NCBI GenBank assembly: GCA_034660555.1
Contig: JAYEJL010000114.1
Span: forward strand, 1-43,242
DNA from: Thermotogota bacterium
Lineage (GTDB): Bacteria; Thermotogota; Thermotogae; Petrotogales; Kosmotogaceae
Reading direction: 5' to 3'
Length of the DNA: 43,242 nucleotides
Shown: positions 19,080 to 28,335 of the stretch, piece after piece
Numbering within the stretch: the first letter of the stretch is position 1
How the letters are laid out: each line of letters opens with the position of its first letter
Made by a program: the position numbers and the translations under genes
Notes under the pieces: model-generated
Databases searched by the model: none
What the model was told of the DNA's origin: nothing
Seen by the model: only the letters and a program-made list of their open reading frames with translations

Positions 19080-20333
19080 CTACCCAAACATGATCAATAT
19101 AAGATCGTTAACATTTGTTCCTGTAGGCCCCGTTATTAAGAGATCTCCGGTTTTTTCTAGAGCTGGATAAGAATTGTTTCTTTTAAGTTCATCCACTGGA
19201 TTTACGCCTGCCTTTGATAGCTTCGAATATGTAAAACCATCTACAAGACCGCCAGCGGCATCTGTGGGACCATCAGTACCATCTGTTCCGGCTGAAAGCA
19301 ATACTACCTCATCGAGTCCTTTTATCTTTATTGCTGCTGCAAGAGCAAGTTCCTGATTTCTCCCGCCTGTACCATTCCCTGTGACGTGAACAACCGTTTC
19401 TCCACCAGCTATGATCGCGCAGGGAGGAGTCCAGGGACTTTTATTGTGTTTAATCTCATTTATAATGCTTCCCAAAAACTTACCGGCTTCTCTGGCTTCG
19501 CAATCCAGACTGGTTGTAAGAATTGCTGAACTATAACCCATTTCATTAGCAAGTTTTGCTGCTTCATTGCAAACCGTTGTTACATTTCCAATAATATGGC
19601 TTTCTACATTATCAAGAGAATTTGGAGTTTCCTTCTTTAAAGCGTTGTCAATCCTTTTAGAAATATCAATATTGTATGCTTTTAATATTGAAAGTGCTTC
19701 TTCAGATGTTGAATTATCTGGATATGCCGGTCCTGAGGCTATACTATCAAGTCTATCGTTAAGAACGTCTGAAAGAACCAGAGTTGTTATTTTCCTGGGA
19801 CTGTTAATTTCAGCAAAACGCCCTCCTTTAACTGACGATAAGTGTTTTCTAACAGTATTTATTTCAACGATATTTGCCCCTGATTTTAGCAAAGATTCTG
19901 TGATTTCTTGCATATCTAAAAGGTGGATTCCTTCCAAAGGTAATTCAAAAAGCGATGACCCTCCTCCAGAGAGAAGGAACAGAATTCTGGTATTTTTATC
20001 AGTTTTATTTAATTCATTTAGTATAAGCTTTGTGGCCTTTATCGTGTTTTCGTCAGGTACTGGATGTCCTGCTTCATATATCTCAAGTTTCTTAATCTTA
20101 CCTTCGCTGTGACCATATTTTGTAATAACTATCCCTTTCTTTACTTTGTTTCCAATGGTTTCTACAGCAGATTGAGCCATCCTCCATGATGCCTTTCCAA
20201 CCGCAACAATGAAAATATCTTCATCAAAGTCAAGCTCAAGCAGTTTATCTTTTACAGCCCTATCGGGCATAACCTTTTTGATCGATTCATTAAATATTTT
20301 TAGTGCTGTCTCTTTCAGTTTTTTTGTTTTCAT
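19080..20333 (-). CDS. Glycerate kinase type 2 (MOFRL family)
   Basis: AVGKA, AGHPVPD, LSGGGSSL, VKGG, IASGP, GGETVV, GGRNQE, GTDGTDG, TGTNVND. Confidence 0.93.
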   Translation of the reverse strand: MKTKKLKETALKIFNESIKKVMPDRAVKDKLLELDFDEDIFIVAVGKASWRMAQSAVETIGNKVKKGIVITKYGHSEGKIKKLEIYEAGHPVPDENTIKATKLILNELNKTDKNTRILFLLSGGGSSLFELPLEGIHLLDMQEITESLLKSGANIVEINTVRKHLSSVKGGRFAEINSPRKITTLVLSDVLNDRLDSIASGPAYPDNSTSEEALSILKAYNIDISKRIDNALKKETPNSLDNVESHIIGNVTTVCNEAAKLANEMGYSSAILTTSLDCEAREAGKFLGSIINEIKHNKSPWTPPCAIIAGGETVVHVTGNGTGGRNQELALAAAIKIKGLDEVVLLSAGTDGTDGPTDAAGGLVDGFTYSKLSKAGVNPVDELKRNNSYPALEKTGDLLITGPTGTNVNDLILIMFG

Positions 20334-20382
20334 ACCTTCTCCTGATTTTCAGTTTATAAATGTATCTTTTGAAGATAAAAGT

Positions 20383-21258
20383 TCAAATTATTGATTTCGG
20401 AACAATCATTTTCACAGTTTTTAACGGGTTAACAACCTGACTGAAAGTTAGGCTACAGGTGATACTCGCTAACATGTACGCTTCTTCAAAGGGTATATTC
20501 TTTTGTTCTGAAATGAACATGACAGAATCTCTTGCTGCAGTTTCAACTGCGGTGTCAATGTTTTCATGGCTTGCTATGAAGATAAAACTTGTTTCTGTTT
20601 CAATATATGGATTGTCAATATGCTTTTTCTCAATGCTTATTGTTAAGGTTGTTTTTGATGGTATTTCAACTCCCGTCCCACAGATTTCTCCATTGCCCAT
20701 TAGCGCATGAGCATCTCCCAGAGATAATAATGCTCCTTTGTGATATACAGGTAAATGAACTATACTACTAGTAGTTACTTCAAGTGTGTCCATGTTTCCC
20801 CCGTGAGAACCCGGGCTCCCACATGGAACATTTCCTTCCCTAGGAGCAACACCTATAACACCAATCATGGGAGTTATTTCCAGTTTATGGTTGTTTATAT
20901 AAGCATAATTATCTTTGACAGTAACAATTTTCGTTTTTGCTTTTTTAACACTGTTTCCTAAAACGCCTAATCCTGGGAATATTTCGACAACCCCCTTTTC
21001 AGCCAGGGAAATGTTTTCTATTAATACTTTTAATGTATCTCCAGGTTCAGCGTTGTTTATAAATATGGGTCCTGTTGCTGGATTAACAACGGAGAAATCA
21101 AAATTGTCTTCTAAAGTGATTGATTCATCTTTTATTTTGTTACTAAAGCAATCCTTTGTATCAACAACGATGGTATCACCACAGTTTATTTCTATTACAG
21201 GGTCTTTTGTGGATGACATTTCATATATTACCTTCTCATCTGTTAAATAGTGTTTCAT
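20383..21258 (-). CDS. Acetamidase/formamidase family protein
   Basis: NPATGP, PMIGVIG, HGGNMD, GDAHALMGNGEICGTGVE; start set at ATG 21258 after AGGTGG. Confidence 0.9.
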   Translation of the reverse strand: MKHYLTDEKVIYEMSSTKDPVIEINCGDTIVVDTKDCFSNKIKDESITLEDNFDFSVVNPATGPIFINNAEPGDTLKVLIENISLAEKGVVEIFPGLGVLGNSVKKAKTKIVTVKDNYAYINNHKLEITPMIGVIGVAPREGNVPCGSPGSHGGNMDTLEVTTSSIVHLPVYHKGALLSLGDAHALMGNGEICGTGVEIPSKTTLTISIEKKHIDNPYIETETSFIFIASHENIDTAVETAARDSVMFISEQKNIPFEEAYMLASITCSLTFSQVVNPLKTVKMIVPKSII

Positions 21259-21546
21259 GGAGCACCACCTTTCAAACAAAATCTTGATTGATAATATTAA
21301 GTCTTCTTGTTGATTATTGTTGTAGTTGACAAAATGATTATAACAAAGCTCAGTCATATAGAAGCAACTTAACAGTCTTAAAATGTGTCTAAACATAAAC
21401 GAATCTGATTAAATTACAAAGGATGTAGAGTTTTTCTTAATAAACCGTATAGGTGTATAATATTTATAGCTTCAGAAGTACTTCATTTCGATTTTCCCAT
21501 AGTTTAGTGACCTGTTTTGCCAGGGGTTTACCTTGTTGTTGGCAAC

Positions 21547-21559
21547 CGCTCTTTGAAAA
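21547..21559 (+). promoter_or_regulatory. BoxA-like antitermination motif in the leader of 21586..21909
   Basis: CGCTCTTTGAAAA resembles rrn-leader boxA; it lies downstream of TATAAT at 21456-21461. Confidence 0.45.
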
Positions 21560-21585
21560 CAAAATAATGAGAGGAGGGAAAGGGT

Positions 21586-21909
21586 ATGTATGTAAATTGT
21601 GATCTTGCGTTTACCGTACCTGAGAACCAAGCAACTGAAGCAGTGAAAAGGATTTTAGAAACATTGTCTGCTAAGCTCCTCCTCGGTGCTCGAGGCGATT
21701 CCTTGAATATTAGAGCCAGTGACGAAAAAACGGTAGAGATAACAATATCTGCTTTAAAAGGCAAATGTTCTTTTGAAGATGTTCTCGAGCGAATCAATGA
21801 ATACATGGAACTAATAACATTTGCATTGAAGAACGGTTTCGGTGTGTTTGACTTAACAAGTTCATTTTTATATCCAGATGGTGAATTCCAGAATTATACG
21901 TTATGTTAA
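21586..21909 (+). CDS. Hypothetical protein, 107 aa
   Basis: Strong RBS GAGGAGGG; own -10 box and terminator. Confidence 0.8.
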   Translation: MYVNCDLAFTVPENQATEAVKRILETLSAKLLLGARGDSLNIRASDEKTVEITISALKGKCSFEDVLERINEYMELITFALKNGFGVFDLTSSFLYPDGEFQNYTLC

Positions 21910-21936
21910 AAGCCAGGGGTTAACCCCTGGCTTTTT
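21908..21936 (+). terminator. Rho-independent terminator
   Basis: AAAAGCCAGGGG-ttaa-CCCCTGGCTTTTT perfect inverted repeat. Confidence 0.9.
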
Positions 21937-22040
21937 GTTTATTTCTAGTAATAATCTATAATGGTTATGTGAATCATTTAATGGGTTGTATTGACAATGC
22001 TACCTTGCATTTGAATTACTTCGAAATTTAATCTGAAGGA

Positions 22041-23471
22041 GTGAATACATTGAAGGTAAAACCATCAAAATTCATTGAAGACAGTATCCCTTTCGTTGAA
22101 AAAATTTTGAAAGGATTGGAAAGAAATTATGATTATGTTTCTGTACTTGGCACAGATGTTTTTGGAAAACAACATGTAGTGACCAGCAGAGGAACAAATT
22201 ATAATGATTCGCAGTGGACTGAACGAGGGTTTGTTGTGAGAGCCCATGATGGCACTGGTTACGCGGAGTTCTCTTTTAATGAAATTGATGACCCGGAAGT
22301 TATTGTTCGGAGAATAAACAGCAATATTGTTAATAATGATGTTTTAAAGGAATCAAACTTAGAAAGGAATGCTTTTAAAAAGATAGAAGAACAGGAAATG
22401 GAAGAAAGCTTCTCAGGTGAAGTGAAAATACTACCGGAGAATGTTGCCACAGAAGAAAAGCTAAACAGACTGAATGCAATGAAACAAAAAGCACATGAAG
22501 CATCTGATAAACTGGTTAATTTTTTCGCGGTTTATGAAGAAGTGACTGTAAACAAGTTATTTTTCTCTAACAAGAAACGACTCAAACAATCATATATCTG
22601 GTCACAGGGTTATCTGAATGCAGTTGTAAGGAAAGAAAATAAGACACGTGTTTCCTATGAGGGTTTTTCAGGCTTGAAAGGCCCCGAGCTCTTAGATGAA
22701 ATGGAATCACGATTAAAGGATATAGTTGACGAAGCTGTAAAGCTACTTGACTCAGAAAAAATAAAACCGGGAGTTTATGATGTGATTTGTTCACCTGAAG
22801 TTTCCGGACTTGTTGCTCATGAGGCTTTTGGACATGGTGTTGAACTGGATATGTTTGTTAAAGACAGTGCAAAGGCCAAAGAATATATGGGCAAAATGGT
22901 TGCTTCAGAGCACGTTACAATGCATGATGGAGCCAGTGCAGCGAAGGAAGTTTCATCCTATTTTTTCGATGATGAAGGCGTTCTGGGGAAGGATACGGTA
23001 ATAATAAAAAACGGAAAACTTGTTTCTGGTATTGGAGATTTGCTTTCATCCATGAGATTAGATGTTGATCCAACAGGAAATGGGAAACGAGAATCCTTTG
23101 AAAAGAAAGCGTATTCTAGAATGACCAATACCTTCTTTGAACCCAGAGAGGATAAATTGGAAGATATGATCTCTTCAATAGATAAGGGTTATCTTCTAGA
23201 AAAATACACCAGTGGAATGGAAGATCCCAAGAATTGGGGTATACAATGTGTGATTTTGTTTGGCCAAGAAATAAAGGACGGAAAATTGACAGGAAAGATT
23301 GTTTCACCAATTTTCATGACAGGGTTTGTACCTGATTTATTAAAATCAATAAGCATGGTTTCAGGTAATTTCAGATTGTCTGGAACAGGTGCATGTGGAA
23401 AAGGGCACAAAGAATTTGTGAAGGTTTCCGCTGGGGGCCCCTATATTAAAGCTAAAGCGAGGTTAGGATAA
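22041..23471 (+). CDS. tldD: TldD metallopeptidase (start possibly TTG 22050)
   Basis: HEAFGHGVE, DDEG, RMTNTF, CGK near the C-terminus. Confidence 0.9.
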   Translation: MNTLKVKPSKFIEDSIPFVEKILKGLERNYDYVSVLGTDVFGKQHVVTSRGTNYNDSQWTERGFVVRAHDGTGYAEFSFNEIDDPEVIVRRINSNIVNNDVLKESNLERNAFKKIEEQEMEESFSGEVKILPENVATEEKLNRLNAMKQKAHEASDKLVNFFAVYEEVTVNKLFFSNKKRLKQSYIWSQGYLNAVVRKENKTRVSYEGFSGLKGPELLDEMESRLKDIVDEAVKLLDSEKIKPGVYDVICSPEVSGLVAHEAFGHGVELDMFVKDSAKAKEYMGKMVASEHVTMHDGASAAKEVSSYFFDDEGVLGKDTVIIKNGKLVSGIGDLLSSMRLDVDPTGNGKRESFEKKAYSRMTNTFFEPREDKLEDMISSIDKGYLLEKYTSGMEDPKNWGIQCVILFGQEIKDGKLTGKIVSPIFMTGFVPDLLKSISMVSGNFRLSGTGACGKGHKEFVKVSAGGPYIKAKARLG

Positions 23472-24763
23472 TGATTGAAAAAATAATTGAATTACTCTCA
23501 AAATCAAAAAATATTGATGGTTGGAAAATCGTTGATGATGTAATTGAAGACAAAGAACTGTTTTTTATAAAGAAAAAACTCGACATGAATAGAGCTAAAA
23601 AGGTAAGGAATTTTTACCTAACTGTTTACAAAGATTTTGATGAAGAAGGAAAATCATATAGAGGTTCCGCTGAAGTGAAAATACATCCAACAATGAAAGA
23701 AGAAGAGATTAAAAATGTTATTGAAGAGTCCGCATATTCAGCAAAATTTGTGAAAAATCCCTGGTATCCTATGGTTAAACCCGTCGCTGAGAAAGTTGAT
23801 AATCACAGCGAAAAGCAAGTATTTGATGAGTTGTATTCTCTTGCTGAAAGTCTTTACGATTCAGATGTATATAAAGAAGGTTGGATAAATTCTTCGGAAT
23901 TCTTTTTGAATCACTTAAAAAGAAGAACAGTTAATTCTGAAGGCGTGGACTGTTCGTATGAAAAGAACAGGTTGTTCATTGAGTACATTACTACATGGAA
24001 AAATAAAGAAAAAGAAGGAGCGGAGCTTTACTGGCAAATTTTAATATCAAGATTCTCAAAAGATTTCATTAAGAAAAGAAGTAATGACTCACTCTTACAA
24101 ACAGCATATAGAGCAAATGCTACTAGTACCCCTTCTGTTGGAGATATTCCCATGATAATTTCTGGTGAGAACATAATAAGTCTTATGGCCATGTTTCTGG
24201 CAAAAGCCTCTTCAAGGATGGTTTATGAAAAAATCTCTACATTCGATATTGGAGACAATGTCCAGGGTGAGGATATTAAAGGTGATAGGTTGTCCATAAC
24301 CATAGATCCGTCTATAGAAGGATCTTACTATTCTGTTCCCTATGATAAAGATGGATTACCCTTGAAGAAAGTGGAAGTAATTGAAGATGGAATAATTAAG
24401 AAGTTTTGGGGAAATGTTAGATATTCCCATTATTTGGAAAATGAACCTACCGGATCAATGACGAATATATCCGTCAAAACTGGAAATACAAAACTGGATG
24501 AACTCCGAAATGGCAAACACCTGGAAGTAAGGGAATTTTCTGATTTCCAGACTGATCACACCACCGGCGATTTTGGTGGAGAAATAAGAATGGGCTGGTA
24601 CTTCAATGGAGAGGATAGAATACCGGTAACTGGAGGATCTATTTCAGGGAATCTGAATGATATTAAGAATGAAATGTTGCTTTCAAATGAAACTGTGTCG
24701 ATGAAAAATTATTCAGGGCCTTTTGCTGTAAAGCTTAACAATATACGTATTTCAGGTTCCTGA
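23471..24763 (+). CDS. TldE/PmbA-like partner subunit
   Basis: Translationally coupled to tldD; PmbA-type C-terminus (YDKDG, TGDF, PVTGGSISGN); lacks HExxxH. Confidence 0.85.
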   Translation: MIEKIIELLSKSKNIDGWKIVDDVIEDKELFFIKKKLDMNRAKKVRNFYLTVYKDFDEEGKSYRGSAEVKIHPTMKEEEIKNVIEESAYSAKFVKNPWYPMVKPVAEKVDNHSEKQVFDELYSLAESLYDSDVYKEGWINSSEFFLNHLKRRTVNSEGVDCSYEKNRLFIEYITTWKNKEKEGAELYWQILISRFSKDFIKKRSNDSLLQTAYRANATSTPSVGDIPMIISGENIISLMAMFLAKASSRMVYEKISTFDIGDNVQGEDIKGDRLSITIDPSIEGSYYSVPYDKDGLPLKKVEVIEDGIIKKFWGNVRYSHYLENEPTGSMTNISVKTGNTKLDELRNGKHLEVREFSDFQTDHTTGDFGGEIRMGWYFNGEDRIPVTGGSISGNLNDIKNEMLLSNETVSMKNYSGPFAVKLNNIRISGS

Positions 24764-24770
24764 TAGTGGA

Positions 24771-25499
24771 GTGTTGCTTTTGAAAATTTCTAGATATCTG
24801 GCAGAGCATTTACATAAAAGTGGAATACTTAGAGATGAAAGCCTTAATGAAGCGATATGTAAAATAGATAGAAGCAGATTTGTCCTTCCTGAATACAAAG
24901 ACAGAGCTCATATGAATGTTGTTCTGCCATCAAAGAAGAAGGGATTTGCAGTTGAGAGTACCTCAACACAACCTTCTCTTGTTGTTGAAATGATTCAGGC
25001 TCTTGATCTTTCTGGTAGTGAAAATGTTTTGGATGTAGGAACAGGAACTGGATACGGAACAGCACTGTTATCATATCTACTAAATCAGGGGAAAGTTGTT
25101 ACGATAGAGTATGACGAAGAGCTTTTGAATGAAGCTAAGGAAAATCTTAATACTCTGGGTTTTAGCGAAACCACATTTATTTGTAAGGACGGATATGATG
25201 GGGCTGAAGAATACTCACCCTTCAACTGTATAATTTCAATGGTTGCTTCAGGAACAATTCCGCCTAACTGGTTCAAACAGCTTAAAATAAACGGTATCAT
25301 GGTTTTTCCTCTTGTAGTTGACAGATTTTTTACACCTGTCATGAGATTAAAAAAAGTTAATGATAAGGAGTTGAGCGGAGAAAAACTATCGGATGCTGTT
25401 TTTATGGCAATGAAAGGTCATCAAGATCCGGAGTATAATTTTAGTATCCACAGAAAAATCGATCTGGTTTTTGATGGAATGGAATTTAAAGAAAAATAA
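24771..25499 (+). CDS. pcm: Protein-L-isoaspartate O-methyltransferase
   Basis: IDRSRFV, TSTQPSLV..M, VLDVGTGTGY, QLKINGIMVFP. Confidence 0.85.
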   Translation: MLLLKISRYLAEHLHKSGILRDESLNEAICKIDRSRFVLPEYKDRAHMNVVLPSKKKGFAVESTSTQPSLVVEMIQALDLSGSENVLDVGTGTGYGTALLSYLLNQGKVVTIEYDEELLNEAKENLNTLGFSETTFICKDGYDGAEEYSPFNCIISMVASGTIPPNWFKQLKINGIMVFPLVVDRFFTPVMRLKKVNDKELSGEKLSDAVFMAMKGHQDPEYNFSIHRKIDLVFDGMEFKEK

Positions 25500-25520
25500 T
25501 TATATTTTGGAGGTGAATCA

Positions 25521-26165
25521 ATGCTTTTTGTTGGTAAAAAAGAGCAGGATATCATTAAGCATTTCAAGAAGCATATAAAAGCGGTTGAGGAAACATTGGG
25601 TGGCCTGGAACAACTTCTTGAAACCTACAAAAAAGGGGATTCTGATGATCTTGAAAAAGTAAATGATATTATCCATGAAAGAGAATCGGAAGCGGATAAA
25701 ATTAGACGAAGTATGGAAACAGAAATGTATCAGGGAGCGTTTCTACCGAATTTTAGGGGAGATTTTCTGGGGCTTGTAGAGAATTTTGATAGAATTGCCA
25801 ATCGTGCCGAAGGCATTGCGGATCATATAATACTTACAAAAATAGTCATTCCTGACGAATTGATAAATGATTTGGTAGATCAAGTTAAAATGTCTCTAAA
25901 AACATACAAGAGTCTAAAGGGTGGAGCTGAGAAACTTTTCGACGATTTAGAAGAAGCGGCAGAACTGGTTTTGAAAACAGAAAAACTGGAACATGATGAA
26001 GATCAGTTTGAGCGTGATTTGATAAAAAAGATTTTTTCAATGGATTTAGAGCTGGCTCACAAAAATCAGTTGAGGGAACTGGTAATGAGTATAGGTGATC
26101 TTGCTGACCTTTCAGAGGATTGTTCGGACAGAATAGAGATCGTTGTACTTAAAAGAAAAGTTTAG
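25521..26165 (+). CDS. TIGR00153/DUF47 phosphate transport regulator-like protein
   Basis: ESEADKIRR, GAFLP..R.D, DRIAN.AE, LEHDED, IGDLADLSED. Confidence 0.88.
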   Translation: MLFVGKKEQDIIKHFKKHIKAVEETLGGLEQLLETYKKGDSDDLEKVNDIIHERESEADKIRRSMETEMYQGAFLPNFRGDFLGLVENFDRIANRAEGIADHIILTKIVIPDELINDLVDQVKMSLKTYKSLKGGAEKLFDDLEEAAELVLKTEKLEHDEDQFERDLIKKIFSMDLELAHKNQLRELVMSIGDLADLSEDCSDRIEIVVLKRKV

Positions 26166-26167
26166 TC

Positions 26168-26218
26168 AAATAAAGGGAAACTCCTCAGCAAGTATTGAGG
26201 AGAATCCCATTTATTTTT
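26168..26218. terminator. Bidirectional terminator between convergent genes
   Basis: GGGA..CTCCTCA...TGAGGAG..TCCC hairpin flanked by A-rich and T-rich runs. Confidence 0.7.
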
Positions 26219-26950
26219 CTATACTTCGTTGAACACATCAATGAAAACAGTTTCAAGATCGAATTCTTTTTTGAGTAATTTACCAAGATTCTTGACTCCA
26301 AAGGTTTCAGTGGCATAATGTCCGGCGTTAATAAAGTTTATATTGGTTTCTTTTGCTATATCCCTTATTTGTTCTTTCACTTCTCCTGTTACAAAAGTGT
26401 CCACCTTACCTTCAACTTCTTCAAGGAGTTCACTACCGCCACCGGAAAGAACAAAAATTCTCTCTACTGTGTCAGTGTTCTTATATATTTTATACTGTTC
26501 ATTTTGAATTACTTTTTGAAGATCATTGAAGAATTTTTCAAATGTTACAGGAGAACTATAATTAGCTGTGTATCCTACTTCAATCCTCTCAACAGGTTCC
26601 AAACCCATTTTTTTGATTATTGTAGCATTGTTACCATAATCCTCATGGGCATCAAGAGGCAGATGATAACCCATCAGCGTTGCTCCAACATCCAGTACTT
26701 TCTTAACACGATTCTTCATATAACCCTTTAGTGTGAAAAAATCTTTTCCAAAAATACCGTGATGAACAAGAAGAAGATCTGCATTTTCTTTTGTTGCTTT
26801 ATCAACAAAAGCTTCATTAAAAGAAACACCTAGTGCTACTTTCTTAATATTTCTAGTGCCTTCAATTTGAATACCATTATGACAGTAATCCTCGAAATTT
26901 TCAGGATGGAGAATACCATTTAAATAGTTTTCTATTTTGTATTGATCCAT
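26219..26950 (-). CDS. Nif3-like dinuclear metal center protein (DUF34/YbgI)
   Basis: NGIQIEG, LVHHG, YHLPLDAH, GNN, AGHYATE. Confidence 0.93.
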   Translation of the reverse strand: MDQYKIENYLNGILHPENFEDYCHNGIQIEGTRNIKKVALGVSFNEAFVDKATKENADLLLVHHGIFGKDFFTLKGYMKNRVKKVLDVGATLMGYHLPLDAHEDYGNNATIIKKMGLEPVERIEVGYTANYSSPVTFEKFFNDLQKVIQNEQYKIYKNTDTVERIFVLSGGGSELLEEVEGKVDTFVTGEVKEQIRDIAKETNINFINAGHYATETFGVKNLGKLLKKEFDLETVFIDVFNEV

Positions 26951-27038
26951 TTAGTTTACCTCCTTTTTTCGTTGTATTATATAAATACACTAACACACGA
27001 CAAAAGTGAAAATAACAGTAATGCAGGAGGTGGATTTT

Positions 27039-27803
27039 ATGGAAAAGCAACCTTTTGTTATTGGTGAAGAAAATAAGCGCATTGTTGGGATTGTACAAAA
27101 GCCTGATGGTGAAGGGAAATTCCCTGCTGTCATATTCTGCCATGGATTCACAGGAAATCATATTGAGCCTCACTTTATTTTTCGACGGGCTGCTGATGCT
27201 CTGGTAAAGAATAATATAGGTGCTATCCGCTTTGATTTTAGAGGTTCAGGAGACAGCGATGGTGATTTCAAAGATATGACTATTCGAACAGAACTTGAGG
27301 ATGTTGAAAAAATATATAATTATGCTCTTTCTCTACCATGGGTTTCTTCTTCAAGGATAGGTATTCTTGGATATAGTATGGGAGGAACGATAACAGCTTT
27401 TTTCACTGGTGCTAATCCTGATAAAGTAAAAACGGTCTGTTTCTGGGCTCCCGCCTTAAGAAATGTTGAGGTTTTCACATCTCATTCTGGAAATACTGAA
27501 GAAGAGAAAAGATTATTTGAAGAAGGTTTTATGGATGTTGGGGGACTAACTATAAGCATGGATTTCATCAAAACCATAACAAGTAAAAACAGCCTGGATG
27601 AACTGGATAATTTTAAAGGCAATGTGTCAATTATTCATGGAACCGAAGATGAGGCAGTTCCTTATGAAATGAGCAAGGAAATCTCAGAGAAGCGTGGATA
27701 TAATCTCTGCACTATAGACGGAGCAAACCACACGTTTGACAGAGAAAAATGGATTGAACAACTATTAAAGCATACTACAGAGCATTTCACGAAAGAATTG
27801 TAA
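27039..27803 (+). CDS. Alpha/beta hydrolase (esterase/peptidase S9-like)
   Basis: HGFTG, FDFRGSGDSDG, nucleophile GYSMGG, HGTEDEAVP, GANH; ATG 27039 after GGAGGTGG. Confidence 0.9.
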   Translation: MEKQPFVIGEENKRIVGIVQKPDGEGKFPAVIFCHGFTGNHIEPHFIFRRAADALVKNNIGAIRFDFRGSGDSDGDFKDMTIRTELEDVEKIYNYALSLPWVSSSRIGILGYSMGGTITAFFTGANPDKVKTVCFWAPALRNVEVFTSHSGNTEEEKRLFEEGFMDVGGLTISMDFIKTITSKNSLDELDNFKGNVSIIHGTEDEAVPYEMSKEISEKRGYNLCTIDGANHTFDREKWIEQLLKHTTEHFTKEL

Positions 27804-27819
27804 AAAAACCTTTAAATGG

Positions 27820-27843
27820 GCGCCTGTGAAAGGCGCTTTTTTT
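27820..27843 (+). terminator. Rho-independent terminator
   Basis: GCGCCT-gtgaa-AGGCGC followed by T7. Confidence 0.85.
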
Positions 27844-27915
27844 ATGTCAATTTGTTATCTCAATCGAATGATATTTTATCATGAAGCAATAAAGAGAAAA
27901 ATCGTGATTTAACTC

Positions 27916-27975
27916 ATTATTTGCCATTACGTTGAGTAATTGGCGGTTATTGGGTATTATTTGCTGTTATTATAT
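27916..27975. repeat. Six degenerate 10-bp tandem units upstream of the micropeptide promoter
   Basis: attatttgcc|attacgttga|gtaattggcg|gttattgggt|attatttgct|gttattatat. Confidence 0.5.
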
Positions 27976-28008
27976 TCTAACACCCTGATAGTCGACAGTC
28001 ATTCAATT

Positions 28009-28037
28009 TTGTCTTAATAGGTAGTTTTTTATATAAT
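28009..28037 (+). promoter_or_regulatory. Sigma70-type promoter for the micropeptide genes
   Basis: TTGTCT (28009-28014), N17, TATAAT (28032-28037). Confidence 0.7.
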
Positions 28038-28124
28038 AGAAACATCAATCGTATGAAGGAACTCAGCAGCGCATATTTATAGTAATTATTCTATTATATT
28101 AATACTTATTTGGAGGTGGCTTTT

Positions 28125-28160
28125 ATGTGGAAAATGCCTGATGAAGACGAAGAGCATTAG
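28125..28160 (+). CDS. 11-aa micropeptide MWKMPDEDEEH
   Basis: RBS GGAGGTG at 28112-28118; shares WKxPD + acidic tail with the next sORF. Confidence 0.75.
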   Translation: MWKMPDEDEEH

Positions 28161-28221
28161 CTGACTTTTAGTAGTAACGTACGTAAGAAAGAAAAACTAT
28201 TTTTTAAAGGAGGTTGGCATA

Positions 28222-28278
28222 ATGCGAAACATTCCTGGTTTTTGGAAGATACCTGATCCTGAAGATGATCTTTGGTAA
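28222..28278 (+). CDS. 18-aa micropeptide MRNIPGFWKIPDPEDDLW
   Basis: RBS AAAGGAGGT at 28206-28214; WKxPD + acidic tail; terminator follows. Confidence 0.8.
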   Translation: MRNIPGFWKIPDPEDDLW

Positions 28279-28299
28279 TACTAAGATTGTGAAATACTG

Positions 28300-28335
28300 A
28301 AATAAATTTTTGGGGCGTTGCCCCATTTTATTTTT
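28300..28335. terminator. Terminator shared by the micropeptide unit and the convergent HD-GYP gene
   Basis: TGGGGC-gtt-GCCCCA (28311-28325) followed by TTTTATTTTT and preceded by AAATAAA. Confidence 0.7.

Noticed and set aside
20383..21396. 46-aa N-terminal extension of the acetamidase in the ORF track
   Set aside because: The RBS-supported ATG is at 21258; the extension runs through promoter-like intergenic DNA
28053..28082. Possible third micropeptide MKELSSAYL
   Set aside because: No Shine-Dalgarno sequence and no WKxPD motif
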